Assembly (NCBI GenBank): GCA_963797095.1
Contig: CAWCNY010000005.1
Coordinates: 480,001 to 544,000, forward strand
Direction: 5' to 3'
Source: an uncultured Chloroflexia bacterium
Lineage (GTDB): Bacteria; Chloroflexota; Chloroflexia; QHBQ01; JADMIH01
DNA length: 64,000 nucleotides
Shown: positions 42,760-53,402 of the stretch, piece after piece
Layout: each line of letters starts with the position of its first letter
Position numbering within the stretch: position 1 is the stretch's first letter
The notes under the pieces: generated by a model
Databases searched by the model: none
Told to the model about the DNA's origin: nothing
Seen by the model: only the letters and a program-made list of their open reading frames with translations
Translations under genes and position numbers: made by a program

Positions 42760-43350
42760 ATGTCCGCATTGGCGCACACCCTACATACACCTGAAGAGTA
42801 CCTGACCCTGGAGCGCCAGGCCGAATACAAGAGCGAGTATATCGATGGTGAGATAGTCGCCATGACCGGCGCAAGCCGAGCCCACAACCTTATCACGGTC
42901 AATCTAGCAAGCAGCCTACATGAGCAATTCAAAGGGCGTCCTTGCGAAGCGTACACAAGCGATATGCGCGTGCGGGTGAACCCCCGCACCTATGCTTATC
43001 CAGACGTTATAGCAGTCTGTGGCGAACCTGAGTTCGAGGATGAGGAACTAGACACTCTTGCCAATCCGACGGTTCTAATGGAAGTGCTATCGCCTTCCAC
43101 AGAAGCTTACGACAGAGGCAAGAAATCGGCTCGTTTCCGCAAAATACCATCGCTCCAGGAATACCTCCTCATCGCGCAGGACAGGCCATTCATAGAGCAT
43201 TACACGCGACGCAACCAGGAGTGGATCATTTCCGACGTGGCGGGATTGGATGCCACGCTGGAGCTATCTTCGGTCGATTGCACACTCGCCTTGCACGAAA
43301 TCTACAGTAAGGTGAAGTTCTCAGATGAACAATCGGAACTGAACCAGTAA
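42760..43350 (+). CDS. Uma2 (DUF820) PD-(D/E)XK family protein
   Basis: EYIDGEIVAMTG, YPDV, EVLSPST, YDRGKK, EYLLIAQD. Confidence 0.92.
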   Translation: MSALAHTLHTPEEYLTLERQAEYKSEYIDGEIVAMTGASRAHNLITVNLASSLHEQFKGRPCEAYTSDMRVRVNPRTYAYPDVIAVCGEPEFEDEELDTLANPTVLMEVLSPSTEAYDRGKKSARFRKIPSLQEYLLIAQDRPFIEHYTRRNQEWIISDVAGLDATLELSSVDCTLALHEIYSKVKFSDEQSELNQ

Positions 43351-43381
43351 AGAAGTACATAGCAAACAGGAGGCACACCTA

Positions 43382-43936
43382 ATGTCATTGGACACAGCCG
43401 AGGCCACCCGGAACCCACAGGCTGCGCGCACCGGCACAATCATCGCCATAGCCTACAGCCCTGAATTGATCAACGGCGTAGGCAAAGACCTGCATGACAG
43501 CGCCGAAATCACCAGGTGGGGCATTCCAGGCGACCGCCATTACGGCGAGACCCGTTACTCCACCAGCATGAAGATGACGGTTCCCAATTTACGACCCATC
43601 ACCGTCCTCGCTGTAGAAGCCACCAACGCGGCCTGCGAAGCTATCGGCATCCCCACCGGCACCGTTCCAGCTGGCGGTATGGGCGAAAACATCCTCACCG
43701 AAGGTCTCGGCGACCTTGGGGAGCTTACCGAAGGGGATCAGGTGCATATCCTCGACGAAGAAGGCGGGCCGAAAGTAGTCCTCCGCATCGAAGGCCAGAA
43801 CGACCCATGCTCCAGTCTCCAGGTCTACCATCGCCTCATGACCAAGCACATGATGCACCGCCGAGGTCTCCTATGTACAGTCCTCAAAGAAGGAAAGGCG
43901 CAGGTAGGCGACCGGATTACCACAGTAAGAGCCTAG
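43382..43936 (+). CDS. MOSC domain protein
   Basis: GIPGDRH, GENI, PC, RGL...VLKEG...GD. Confidence 0.8.
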   Translation: MSLDTAEATRNPQAARTGTIIAIAYSPELINGVGKDLHDSAEITRWGIPGDRHYGETRYSTSMKMTVPNLRPITVLAVEATNAACEAIGIPTGTVPAGGMGENILTEGLGDLGELTEGDQVHILDEEGGPKVVLRIEGQNDPCSSLQVYHRLMTKHMMHRRGLLCTVLKEGKAQVGDRITTVRA

Positions 43937-43969
43937 CGCTCTCACATTCGGATTCCGCTCCAATAACAT

Positions 43970-44000
43970 AGGAGGCATCCCATACTCAGGGATGCCTCCT
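43970..44000. terminator. hairpin between convergent genes
   Basis: AGGAGGCATCCC-loop-GGGATGCCTCCT. Confidence 0.65.
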
Positions 44001-44018
44001 AACGGTTCTCGGCAGACT

Positions 44019-45245
44019 TTAGTGATGAACTATCAATGTCTCATCTCTGTCCAGTATGTCGCTCCCCTCGCCCGGCATAGGCATCTTCGTGAAGGGTGCG
44101 AAGTGGCACGCCACATAATGCTCGGACCTACCGGGAGGCGCAACGTTCCGCCACGCCGGTATCTGCTGTTTGCAGATATCCTGGGCCAACCAGCATCGTG
44201 TATGGAACCTGCAACCGGTAGGTGGATTCAACGGCGATGGCACATCGCCCTTCAAGATAATACGCTCACGTCTAATCTTCGGATCGGGGATAGGAATAGC
44301 CGATAACAACGCATGCGTATAGGGGTGCTGCGGGTTTTCGAACAGATCTTGCCTATCAGCAAGTTCGGCCATCTTGCCCAGGTACATCACGCCCACTCTG
44401 TCCGATATGTGCTCAACTACGCTCAGGTTATGCGCGATAAACAGGTATGTCAGCCCAAACTCTTTCTGCAAGTCCTTCAAAATGTTCAGCACCTGCGACT
44501 GGATAGACACGTCAAGTGCGGATACCGGCTCATCACACACTATGAACTTAGGGCGCAAAGCCAGCGCACGAGCAATACCGATACGCTGCCTTTGCCCACC
44601 GGAGAACTCATGTGGATACCTCTTCGCGTGTTCCGGTAGCAAACCAACCCTCGCCAGCACATCGTACACACGCTGCTGCCGCTCATTCTTTCCTACACCG
44701 TGTATCAGCAGGCCCTCGGCGATACTCTCACCGATAGGCACACGCGGGTCCAGTGAGGAGAACGGGTCCTGGAATATGATCTGGATGTCGCGCCTGGTCC
44801 TTTTCAGTTGGTCTGCTTTCAGGTCGAACAGGTTCTTCCCTTCGAAGCGCACCTGCCCACCTGTCGCAGGCACCAGGCGCAGGATGGTGCGGCCAACAGT
44901 TGTCTTGCCGCAACCCGACTCGCCCACCAGCCCTAGCGTCTCGCCCCGGCGGATGGAGAAGGTCACGTCATCCACAGCCTTCACCCAGGCCACCGTGCGT
45001 TGCAAGAGGCCGCCGCGCACAGGGAAGTATTTCACAAGCCGGTCAACTTCCAGCAGGGTATCGAGTTTGCCTTTATCCTTCCGAGCACCATCACCACTAA
45101 TGGCGGAAGTTGTGCCAGAAGACCCTCCGGCACCACCCTGCACCATCGTCGGCGCACCGTCGGGAGTAGGGGTGGGGCTGGTAGAGGCCGAATCCATCAT
45201 AGGAGTATCCGTATCCATAGACCTCGTACTCTGCTGATCACTCAT
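44019..45245 (-). CDS. oppF: oligopeptide/dipeptide ABC ATP-binding protein (OppF/DppF-like)
   Basis: [39 protein letters not shown]. Confidence 0.9.
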   Translation of the reverse strand: MSDQQSTRSMDTDTPMMDSASTSPTPTPDGAPTMVQGGAGGSSGTTSAISGDGARKDKGKLDTLLEVDRLVKYFPVRGGLLQRTVAWVKAVDDVTFSIRRGETLGLVGESGCGKTTVGRTILRLVPATGGQVRFEGKNLFDLKADQLKRTRRDIQIIFQDPFSSLDPRVPIGESIAEGLLIHGVGKNERQQRVYDVLARVGLLPEHAKRYPHEFSGGQRQRIGIARALALRPKFIVCDEPVSALDVSIQSQVLNILKDLQKEFGLTYLFIAHNLSVVEHISDRVGVMYLGKMAELADRQDLFENPQHPYTHALLSAIPIPDPKIRRERIILKGDVPSPLNPPTGCRFHTRCWLAQDICKQQIPAWRNVAPPGRSEHYVACHFAPFTKMPMPGEGSDILDRDETLIVHH

Positions 45246-45350
45246 AAGCTATCCCCTCTTTCGGATTTTGGACTTTAGATTTCGGGTTGCGGATTTACTA
45301 CTGGGTTCAATGCAGGTGCCCTCAGGGCGACTGCAATCAAAAATCCGAAT

Positions 45351-46502
45351 TTACCTTGCTGCTGCGGCCTGGCTGGCGGCTTCCTTCGTCACCTGCCCGC
45401 CTGTCACCATCACTTCCTCATCATAGAGCCAGCACCTGGCTGTGCGTGTCTGTGATAGTTGGATCAACGTCGGCTCGTCCACCCGGCAGATATCCATCAC
45501 ATATGGACAGCGCCCGGCGAACCGGCACCCAGGAGGCAGGTTCCTTAGCGAAGGTACCGAGCCTGGGATAACCGCCAACTTATCACGCACCTCGCCCAGC
45601 ACAGGGATCGAAGCAAGCAACCCCTGCGTGTATGGGTGCTTGGGGTCGGCGAACAACTCGTCTACCGGCGCTTCTTCCACGATCTTACCAGCATACATGA
45701 CCGACACCTTGTCGGCCATTTCGGCTACGATTCCCAGGTCGTGGGTAATAAGGATGATGCCAGTGTGGTAGCGGTCTCGCAGGTCCCGCATCAGTTCCAG
45801 TATCTGCGCCTGGATCGTCACATCGAGGGCCGTGGTAGGCTCGTCCGCGATCAGCAATTCCGGCTCGCAAGAGAGGGCCATAGCGATCATCACACGCTGG
45901 CACATGCCGCCGGACATCTCATGGGGGTAGCTCTCGATACGGGTCTTTGCCGATGGAATACCCACCATTGTAAGCAGCTCGATAGCGCGCTGCCGAGCCT
46001 GCTGCTTGGTATATCCTCGGTGCAGCATGAGAGCTTCGGAAATCTGGTCACCAACTCGGAATACCGGGTTCAAGCACGAGGTTGGCTGCTGGAATATCAT
46101 TGCGATCCGGTTACCCCGGATGTGGCGCATCTCTTCTTCGCTAAGCCCCAATACATCGAGGCCGCGCAGCCTTACCTCACCCTCAAGGGTCTCTCCTGGA
46201 GGAGCGATCAGGCGCATGACGCTCATTGAGGTGACGCTTTTGCCACACCCGGACTCGCCTACGATACCGAGGGTCTCGCCCCTGTTCAGGTTGAAGCTGA
46301 CCCCATCGACAGCCTTGACAGTGCCGTCTTCGGTGAAGAAGTAGGTCTTCAAGCCCTCCACGCGCAAAAGCTCGTTGGGATTATTCATGTTCTCAGGGTA
46401 GTCGCGATCGAGCTTTTTATCTCCCCTGCCGGTGCCACGGCTACGAGCCGCAGGAGGGCCCTGGGTGCCGGACCTGGACCCGTTATCACTTTGGGTATTC
46501 AG
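45351..46502 (-). CDS. oppD: oligopeptide/dipeptide ABC ATP-binding protein (OppD/DppD-like)
   Basis: [35 protein letters not shown]; start is CTG 46502 (strong SD) or ATG 46388. Confidence 0.88.
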   Translation of the reverse strand: MNTQSDNGSRSGTQGPPAARSRGTGRGDKKLDRDYPENMNNPNELLRVEGLKTYFFTEDGTVKAVDGVSFNLNRGETLGIVGESGCGKSVTSMSVMRLIAPPGETLEGEVRLRGLDVLGLSEEEMRHIRGNRIAMIFQQPTSCLNPVFRVGDQISEALMLHRGYTKQQARQRAIELLTMVGIPSAKTRIESYPHEMSGGMCQRVMIAMALSCEPELLIADEPTTALDVTIQAQILELMRDLRDRYHTGIILITHDLGIVAEMADKVSVMYAGKIVEEAPVDELFADPKHPYTQGLLASIPVLGEVRDKLAVIPGSVPSLRNLPPGCRFAGRCPYVMDICRVDEPTLIQLSQTRTARCWLYDEEVMVTGGQVTKEAASQAAAAR

Positions 46503-46588
46503 GGTGTTGCTCCTTTCTATATGACAATTCTCGCACTTGCAGGTAATAAGTGCAACTATTAGCCGATGATGGGAGAGAACGTAGTGGA

Positions 46589-46721
46589 CGTATTGCGTAT
46601 TGCGTATTGCGTATTGCGTATTGCGTATTGCGTATTGCGTATTGCGTATTGCGTATTGCGTATTGCGTATTGCGTATTGCGTATTGCGTATTGCGTATTG
46701 CGTATTGCGTATTGCGTATTG
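46589..46721. repeat. (CGTATTG)x19 heptamer array
   Basis: Read directly from the sequence. Confidence 0.95.
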
Positions 46722-47219
46722 CAGGGGCAAGTTAGCCTGTTATTTCTGCCAAAGAGGATGGTTTCTCCATATCCTGTCAAGCCGGAGCGGACATATTGAG
46801 TGCCGCACCACACCGGGGAGCCGCGAAGAGATAAACACGATAGCAACACTCCATAACGTTATCGTAAGAGTGTGCCTGAATAGTACGCCAATATTAGCAG
46901 AAAGAGTTTGTGCTGTCAACGGGCAGGGGAAAGGGCAGGCTGTTGCTCAAGACTTCACGATTCCAGCTTTCCAGGTTACGATCCTGCAAAGGGTTACGCC
47001 ACCGGACGGTGTAACCCTATTTTAACTTTATTACACATTATATACTTATGCGGTTCATTTTGTTGGCCCGTGACCCTATCTTCCTCATGTGCAGCCGGAC
47101 CTGACCTTTGTGCCTGCCGTGATATAATCTCGTTGATAAGGAATGAGTGACAAGTGTCGAGCGAATAGTGCGTATTTCGTATTGCTTATTCTGGCTTGCT
47201 TCGTCTTTCGTCACTGTAT

Positions 47220-48209
47220 ATGCAACACCAACCCAAAATCGCAGTAATCACCACCGGCGGTACCATCTCAATGCGCTATGACCCCGCGTTGGGAGGTGCT
47301 GTGCCTGCTATCAGTGGCGACGAGCTATTACATATGGTCCCTGGCCTGAGCGAGGTCGCCCAGGTCGAGCTGATTGAGTTTTCTAATGTTCCTTCATGCC
47401 ATCTCACCCCCTCCATCATGTTCGACCTGTGCCATCTTATCCAGCGAACTATTGACCGCTCGGATATACAGGGCGTAGTGGTTACCCACGGCACTGATGC
47501 CCTTGAAGAGACAGCCTACATGTCCGACCTGTGGATTTCATCGGACAAGCCTGTGGTATTCACTGCGGCCATGCGCAACAACTCCGAGATCGGGTGCGAC
47601 GGCCCGCGCAATATTCTCGCCGCAGTGCGCGTGGCCGCCTGCCAAGATGCGAACGGCGGAGGCACTCTGGTTGTGTTCAACGGGCAAATCCTCGCGGCGC
47701 GCGATACGATCAAGATGCACACATCCAACATGGATGCGTTTCGCTCGCCTATGCTCGGCCCCGTCGGCAACGTGGATGACGACCGCGTGGTGTTGTTCCG
47801 CCTCTCGCTCGTCCGCCAGAACATCCGCCCCGATAAGATCGTCACCGCCGTGGACCTTGTACGTGTTTACGGCGGCATGGACAGCGAGTTGATCTTCTGG
47901 AGCCTGGAGCGCGGCAACCGGGGATTGGTTGTAGAAGCAATGGGCCAGGGCAACGTACCGCCCACCATCGTACCGGGGCTGCGTGCCTGGATCGATTCAG
48001 GAAGGCCGGTGGTGCTTGTATCGCGCTGTCCCGAAGGCCGCGCTCTCGATACCTATGCCTACGATGGCGGCGGCAAACAGCTTCACAACATGGGCGTAAT
48101 TTTCGGCGAAGACTTAACCGGACAGAAAGCGCGTATTAAATTAATGCTCACACTTGGCCTTACATCCAATCTGGAGGAATTACGGGCTCTATTCGAGTAT
48201 CTCTTGTAA
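47220..48209 (+). CDS. L-asparaginase
   Basis: TTGGTI, THGTD, DGPRN, SRCPEG, KARIKL. Confidence 0.92.
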   Translation: MQHQPKIAVITTGGTISMRYDPALGGAVPAISGDELLHMVPGLSEVAQVELIEFSNVPSCHLTPSIMFDLCHLIQRTIDRSDIQGVVVTHGTDALEETAYMSDLWISSDKPVVFTAAMRNNSEIGCDGPRNILAAVRVAACQDANGGGTLVVFNGQILAARDTIKMHTSNMDAFRSPMLGPVGNVDDDRVVLFRLSLVRQNIRPDKIVTAVDLVRVYGGMDSELIFWSLERGNRGLVVEAMGQGNVPPTIVPGLRAWIDSGRPVVLVSRCPEGRALDTYAYDGGGKQLHNMGVIFGEDLTGQKARIKLMLTLGLTSNLEELRALFEYLL

Positions 48210-48398
48210 CGCGGATTTGTCGCCTATTGTAGGACTTTGGTTGCACCTCGCCAATGTGGTATGATCAGGTCGGTTTGTGTCTACGAGGCCAGGCGAAGCA
48301 GATATAGTTTCAAGACCACCTGTCGAGCAACACCCTGCACACAATAGCCACAGCGGGCAGAATTGTCATATTCATATTTGAGTAAGGAGGATCGAGAC

Positions 48399-50816
48399 AT
48401 GTTGCGCAAAAACAAATCATACAGCTGGCGTGGCCTGCTAATCATCGCATCACTGGCGCTTGCTATCGGTATATCAACCGGTATTGCTCTTGCGGCCTTA
48501 CCTGCATCACAGAACCCGGAAGGTGGTACGGCAGCCGCCGGACCGGGCATGGCCGACGTTGTGCCGTCGGACGTTCGGTCCGGCGAAGCCCAAATTCTCG
48601 GCAAACACGACGAGGCCGACACGCTGACCGTGCTGTTCATGCTCCCTTTCAAGGACCAGGCGGGCCTGGAAGCGTTCGTGGCCGATGTATCAAATCCAAA
48701 CAGCTCTAATTACGGACATTATCTTACTCTTGACGAAGAGAACGCACGCTATAATCCTGATCCCGCACGCGAACAGCGAGTCTCTGCGTGGCTAAGCGGA
48801 GAAGGTGTTTCCAATTTAGAATTGGTGCCGAACCACCTCTATGTATATGCTCGCGCAAGCGTAAGTACCCTCAGCAACCTCCTCAACATACAAATCAACG
48901 ATTACAGGGTGGGAGACAACACCTTCTACGCACCCGACCGCGTGCCAACTCTCCCGGCCGGTGTCAGCGCCGACGTCAATTGGATCGCAGGTCTATCCAA
49001 CCAGGACAAACTCCATACCGACCACTCTATGATAAACGGAGGTGGTGCAAAGGGCGAGGGCACCTCGTCAGCGCCCGATAGCGCGCCCCCTTACACACCC
49101 CAGGATATAGCCTATGCCTACGATGTCAACCCGCTATTGAACTCAGGCGCTAACGGCGCAGGCACCAACATCGCAATTACCCTCTGGACCCTGCCGCCAA
49201 GCGACAGCACCCTCAATACCTGGTCATCGCTCACCGGCTCGCCTGTGGCTACACGTGCCAACGGCCGCCTTGCCATCATTCTGACTGACAATGTACCAAG
49301 CAGCGACACCGACGATGGCGAGGCCGCACTCGACATAGAATCGTCCAGCGGGCTTGCAACCGGCGCGGTCATACGATACTATGAGGCCACCCAGCCTTCG
49401 TATGCCGATATGGCTAATGCGCTCAACCGGGCTGGCACCGATGCGGCCAACAACCGGTTCATCACCAACTCATGGGGTGGACCCGAGTCGCCATCGGGCT
49501 TCAATGCCACTAATGGCGTCCTGCAAGCAAATACCGCAACAGGCCACGACTATCTATTCTCCAGCGGAGATAACGGATCGTGGTCCAACGGCTCCGACCC
49601 ATATCCCGACTATCCTGCGTCCAGCGCCTATGTAACAGCCATTGGCGGCACGCGCTTCGCAGCCAACATCAATCAGAATTACCCCGGCGAGCGCACCTGG
49701 GACTACGACCCGACAGGCAACGGCGGCTATCCTGAGGGCAGCGGCGGGGGCTATGCTCTCTACAGCAACCGGCCAGCCTGGCAGGTCGCTCCAGGTTTCC
49801 CTCCAGGCCAGACCAAGCGCGGGTATCCCGACATAGCGGCTGATGCCGATCCGGTGACTGGCCTGCGCATTTGCACCGACTACTATGGCTGCACGCAGTT
49901 TGGAGGCACCAGCCTTTCCTCGCCTTTGTGGGCTGCCATGCTCGATATGACAGACCAGTATATTGTAGCGCGGGGCAGGCCACACCTGGGCTTCGTCAAC
50001 CCGGTGGTGTATCTACTGGCGCAAGCGCCTCAAGCCTACGCTCCCTACCACGATATCACTGTTGGCACCAACGGGGCGTACAATGCAGGCGCGGGCTGGG
50101 ATGCTATAACGGGTGTCGGTTCGCCCGATCTTTATAACTTTGCCCGCGACCTGGCTCCAGCTGCGGCAGCTACACCCACGCCTGAGCCGCCACCTTGCCC
50201 TGGCAGCCAGTTCACCGATGTGTGTCCAGGCTCAACTTTCTATACATCCATCACAAACCTTGTCAATGCGAACGTTGTGAACGGCTATACTGCATCGCCC
50301 CCCTGCCCGAACAGCAATTGGATACCCTGCTTCCTGCCGGGCAACACGGCCACACGCGGCCAGATCTCTAAGATCGTTGTGCTGGGAGCAAACTTAACTA
50401 TCAACACAAGCGGTGGGCCTCACTTCACCGACGTGGCGAGTAACTCGACGTTCTACCAGTACATCGAAACAATGTACAACGCCGGGATCATCAGCGGCTA
50501 CACAAGCGGCTGCTCAACAGGCAACCCATGCTTCAGGCCCGGTAACCCCGTGACCAGGGGGCAGCTTACGAAGATGGCAAGCCTCGGCTTCGGCTTCAAC
50601 GAGGCTGTGAGCGGGCAATCGTTTGCGGATATCCAATCCGGCTCCACCTACTACACATATGTGGAACGGCTCAAAGCGAGGGGTATCATAGGAGGTTACC
50701 CATGTGGCGGCATAGGTGAGCCATGCCTACCCGGCAACAAGCCATATTTCCGCCCCAACAGCAATGTGACGCGAGGGCAACTATCCAAGATAGTCGATCT
50801 CTGCCGACAGCAGTAA
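48399..50816 (+). CDS. S53 (sedolisin/kumamolisin) serine peptidase with prodomain and SLH-like tail
   Basis: EAALD, SSGDNG, RGYPDIAA, GGTSLSSP, GWDAITGVGSP; AAGGAGG before ATG 48399. Confidence 0.92.
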   Translation: MLRKNKSYSWRGLLIIASLALAIGISTGIALAALPASQNPEGGTAAAGPGMADVVPSDVRSGEAQILGKHDEADTLTVLFMLPFKDQAGLEAFVADVSNPNSSNYGHYLTLDEENARYNPDPAREQRVSAWLSGEGVSNLELVPNHLYVYARASVSTLSNLLNIQINDYRVGDNTFYAPDRVPTLPAGVSADVNWIAGLSNQDKLHTDHSMINGGGAKGEGTSSAPDSAPPYTPQDIAYAYDVNPLLNSGANGAGTNIAITLWTLPPSDSTLNTWSSLTGSPVATRANGRLAIILTDNVPSSDTDDGEAALDIESSSGLATGAVIRYYEATQPSYADMANALNRAGTDAANNRFITNSWGGPESPSGFNATNGVLQANTATGHDYLFSSGDNGSWSNGSDPYPDYPASSAYVTAIGGTRFAANINQNYPGERTWDYDPTGNGGYPEGSGGGYALYSNRPAWQVAPGFPPGQTKRGYPDIAADADPVTGLRICTDYYGCTQFGGTSLSSPLWAAMLDMTDQYIVARGRPHLGFVNPVVYLLAQAPQAYAPYHDITVGTNGAYNAGAGWDAITGVGSPDLYNFARDLAPAAAATPTPEPPPCPGSQFTDVCPGSTFYTSITNLVNANVVNGYTASPPCPNSNWIPCFLPGNTATRGQISKIVVLGANLTINTSGGPHFTDVASNSTFYQYIETMYNAGIISGYTSGCSTGNPCFRPGNPVTRGQLTKMASLGFGFNEAVSGQSFADIQSGSTYYTYVERLKARGIIGGYPCGGIGEPCLPGNKPYFRPNSNVTRGQLSKIVDLCRQQ

Positions 50817-50837
50817 CCAATAGCACCTGGATGAACG

Positions 50838-50866
50838 GAAGGGGCATGTCCGGGACATGCCCCTTC
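50838..50866. terminator. hairpin between convergent genes
   Basis: GAAGGGGCATGTCC/GGACATGCCCCTTC. Confidence 0.65.
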
Positions 50867-50913
50867 TGCTTGCCTGTATTCCTTTCCGGGCAGGCTCGAT
50901 CTGTGCGCGGGTT

Positions 50914-51855
50914 CTATTTGATTGTGAAGCTAGCCACGCCTACGCTGCCGCTCGATTGCCCTTGCGCCACCAGTGAATAGGTGCCAGCCGGTAGCCCATC
51001 GGTGTGCAAAGAGTAGGTGAACTTGCCGTCAACGCCGGTCTGTGCAAGCCTGTCCAGCCCTACCACACTGCCCTGCAAATGGCTGTCATCTTGCCCTAGC
51101 GAACTATCAGGAATAGCAACGCCATCGGGGACATTGATCCAGAAGCTGATTTCTTCGTTAGTGCCATAGGAAGTGCCAACGACCGTAAACGTAGTACCAG
51201 CATCGACCGGCCCGCCGGCTCCCAATATATCCAACCGCTCGTTATCTTCGGTACCTGAGATCGGCATTCGCCCCGCTTCCATGTACAGCACAGTGGAAGT
51301 GCTGCCCTGCCCCTTTCCGATGTGGTCGTCCCAACTGACGTGCGCGCGGCAAGCAAAGCTCAACGTTTCAGGTGCGGTAGGCAGGAGGTGAGCGCTGATC
51401 TTCATTGTAGTTGTAGTTTGAGCACCCACTTTCCCAAGCGCGAGAATGATACTTTCCGAAGTGAGAGACTGCACGCTGACGCCATCCCGGCTGCTCGTAA
51501 AACCATCCACTACCACATTCGGATCGAGTGGAAGTGTTACCACAGTATTTGTGGCATCCTCGCTGCCGGCATCCTGCACAGCTATGGTATAGGTGAAGGA
51601 TGAACCGGGAGCTAGCTGTTCGCCGGCGCTATAGGTCAGGCTGATCGTGAGCAGGTGGGATTCGGGCCGGTGAGGCTGGGGCGCTGGACGACGGAACTGT
51701 TCATATTGCGGACTCAGCGAGGAGTCAGGGTTTGTAATAGCTTGCGCGGTCAGAGTTTGTGCGGATGCGCTTCCCGCGCCAACTAGAGCGCCTGCCAGTA
51801 AAAGGGAGAAAGCGATGCCGGTAATCCATCGGACGTAAGCTCTGGCGAACATCAA
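50914..51855 (-). CDS. secreted protein with DUF11-like Ig domain
   Basis: Signal peptide; PG..FTYTI.V...G...A.N.VVT..L pattern. Confidence 0.6.
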   Translation of the reverse strand: MMFARAYVRWITGIAFSLLLAGALVGAGSASAQTLTAQAITNPDSSLSPQYEQFRRPAPQPHRPESHLLTISLTYSAGEQLAPGSSFTYTIAVQDAGSEDATNTVVTLPLDPNVVVDGFTSSRDGVSVQSLTSESIILALGKVGAQTTTTMKISAHLLPTAPETLSFACRAHVSWDDHIGKGQGSTSTVLYMEAGRMPISGTEDNERLDILGAGGPVDAGTTFTVVGTSYGTNEEISFWINVPDGVAIPDSSLGQDDSHLQGSVVGLDRLAQTGVDGKFTYSLHTDGLPAGTYSLVAQGQSSGSVGVASFTIK

Positions 51856-52041
51856 TATATCTCCTTATGTCTCCTTCGATAGAAACAACAAATCGGCTTT
51901 TCAGCCATCACTTCTCGTGATGCGGAGCTCTCAAGCATAGTGTACGACCGCCAGATTAAACCGAGATGGCAAAATTATTAGGAATTGATGAGAATCGCTG
52001 GGGTTCTAGGCCGTTCCTCGTTCTGGTTCACGAGCGGAGGA

Positions 52042-53301
52042 CTAGAGCACAAGACTGTCTCCCACAAACAGTCCTCCTTCGTCTGGCTTAGAGGGTACGC
52101 CCATCACTCTCCCTTTAGCAAAGTAAGGGAAATCAGGCCATTGAGCGGGGTCGCCTGCTGCCTTGCCAGGCACAGGCAACAGCCGCGCCGTCAGGGGCTT
52201 ATCGAGTTTTACCGCCAGCGTTGCCATATCTAGAATAACTCGTTCCAACTGCTTCAGGGACATATCACCCGCCAGGGGGATCGTATCAAGCCCAAGCCCG
52301 CACACCGCCGACATCAATAGCAGGGTATCGAGCGTCACCAGGCCCTCGCCTGCACGGTCGGCCAGCGTCTGATCCTCCAGCGCGGGCAGCATCAGACCTG
52401 AGTACCCGATAGTAGGCACCAGAGCACGAGCGTCCTTGAGCACAGATGTGACGAAGGCGGCAGCCGCCACAGTGCCAGGCCCACCCAATGGCCCACCTGC
52501 CACCAGTTCTAACGCCCGCCCTATACTTCGATCTGCCGAAGGGTATGGAGCCATCGAAATATCCAGCCCGGTGAACGTGTATCCGGCGTCGGCTCCAAAG
52601 GCCGCACAGGTCTCGGCCACCCGCCCGCCTTCATCGGCCAGCAGGGCCAGCAGGTTCCCACGCGCTTCCTCGTGTGAGCGCGCCCCCTCGAACGCCCGCA
52701 CTGCCAGGTCGGCGGCCTCCAACGCGATACCGAACTCCGGCCCGCTGCTATTCCTCTCATCCTCGATGTAATAGGAGGCAGGGAAGAATGGCACATGGGG
52801 CGGGCAATTGCATGCAGCCGCGAAGCGCAGATTCCCGAATCCGTCCGGCGTGCCATCGGCCAGCGCCCTGATCGCCCGTGCCGCCGCTCTCACCGCTTCC
52901 AGGCTGATTACGCCCGAACCATCACGCCGACCGCCCACCTGTATGCTTCCGAACAGGTTCTCTACTGCCAACAACAGGCCGGGCAGCGCATCCATCAGTG
53001 CTGTAACAACCCCGTCGTCTACATCTGAAACCGACTGGATCGTGCCAAGCGAGCAGTAGTCGAGACCAGACTCTGCACATAGCTTGCCAACCTCGGCCAC
53101 CGCAGCTTGCACACCATCTCCAGGTGTCAGCCAGCGCTCAACCGGCTGCGTCGAAAGGCGGGTGGTTTGCACAGTGAAGCCAGCCGCCTCCAACGCGGCC
53201 TTACCTGTCCCGGCAAACGCGCCAAGACGCTCGATCAGCGCACGGCGCTCCTCGGCGTCTACAGGCAAGGCCGCTCCAACCGTCAACGACCGGATATTCA
53301 T
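52042..53301 (-). CDS. DUF711 (PFL-like) family protein
   Basis: GFGNLRFAA, PFFPASY, GYSGLMLP.LED, SAVCGLGLDTIPL, KPLTARLLPVPG. Confidence 0.85.
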   Translation of the reverse strand: MNIRSLTVGAALPVDAEERRALIERLGAFAGTGKAALEAAGFTVQTTRLSTQPVERWLTPGDGVQAAVAEVGKLCAESGLDYCSLGTIQSVSDVDDGVVTALMDALPGLLLAVENLFGSIQVGGRRDGSGVISLEAVRAAARAIRALADGTPDGFGNLRFAAACNCPPHVPFFPASYYIEDERNSSGPEFGIALEAADLAVRAFEGARSHEEARGNLLALLADEGGRVAETCAAFGADAGYTFTGLDISMAPYPSADRSIGRALELVAGGPLGGPGTVAAAAFVTSVLKDARALVPTIGYSGLMLPALEDQTLADRAGEGLVTLDTLLLMSAVCGLGLDTIPLAGDMSLKQLERVILDMATLAVKLDKPLTARLLPVPGKAAGDPAQWPDFPYFAKGRVMGVPSKPDEGGLFVGDSLVL

Positions 53302-53402
53302 GACAGCATACTTACCCTCTCAGAGTCAGAAGAACACGAAGAAAACATCTTCGTGCTCTTCCCAACCCATGACATTACGCTTGATTCCAGAGTGTCATGC
53401 AA

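Noticed and set aside
28310-46721. Tandem arrays as CRISPR
   Set aside because: Units are 7-14 nt with no unique spacers, and no cas genes are present
46503-46730. N-terminal (QYAIRNT)n extension of OppD and other repeat-derived peptides (LATRYSL, STKYAVRNT)
   Set aside because: Translations of heptamer arrays with no RBS support
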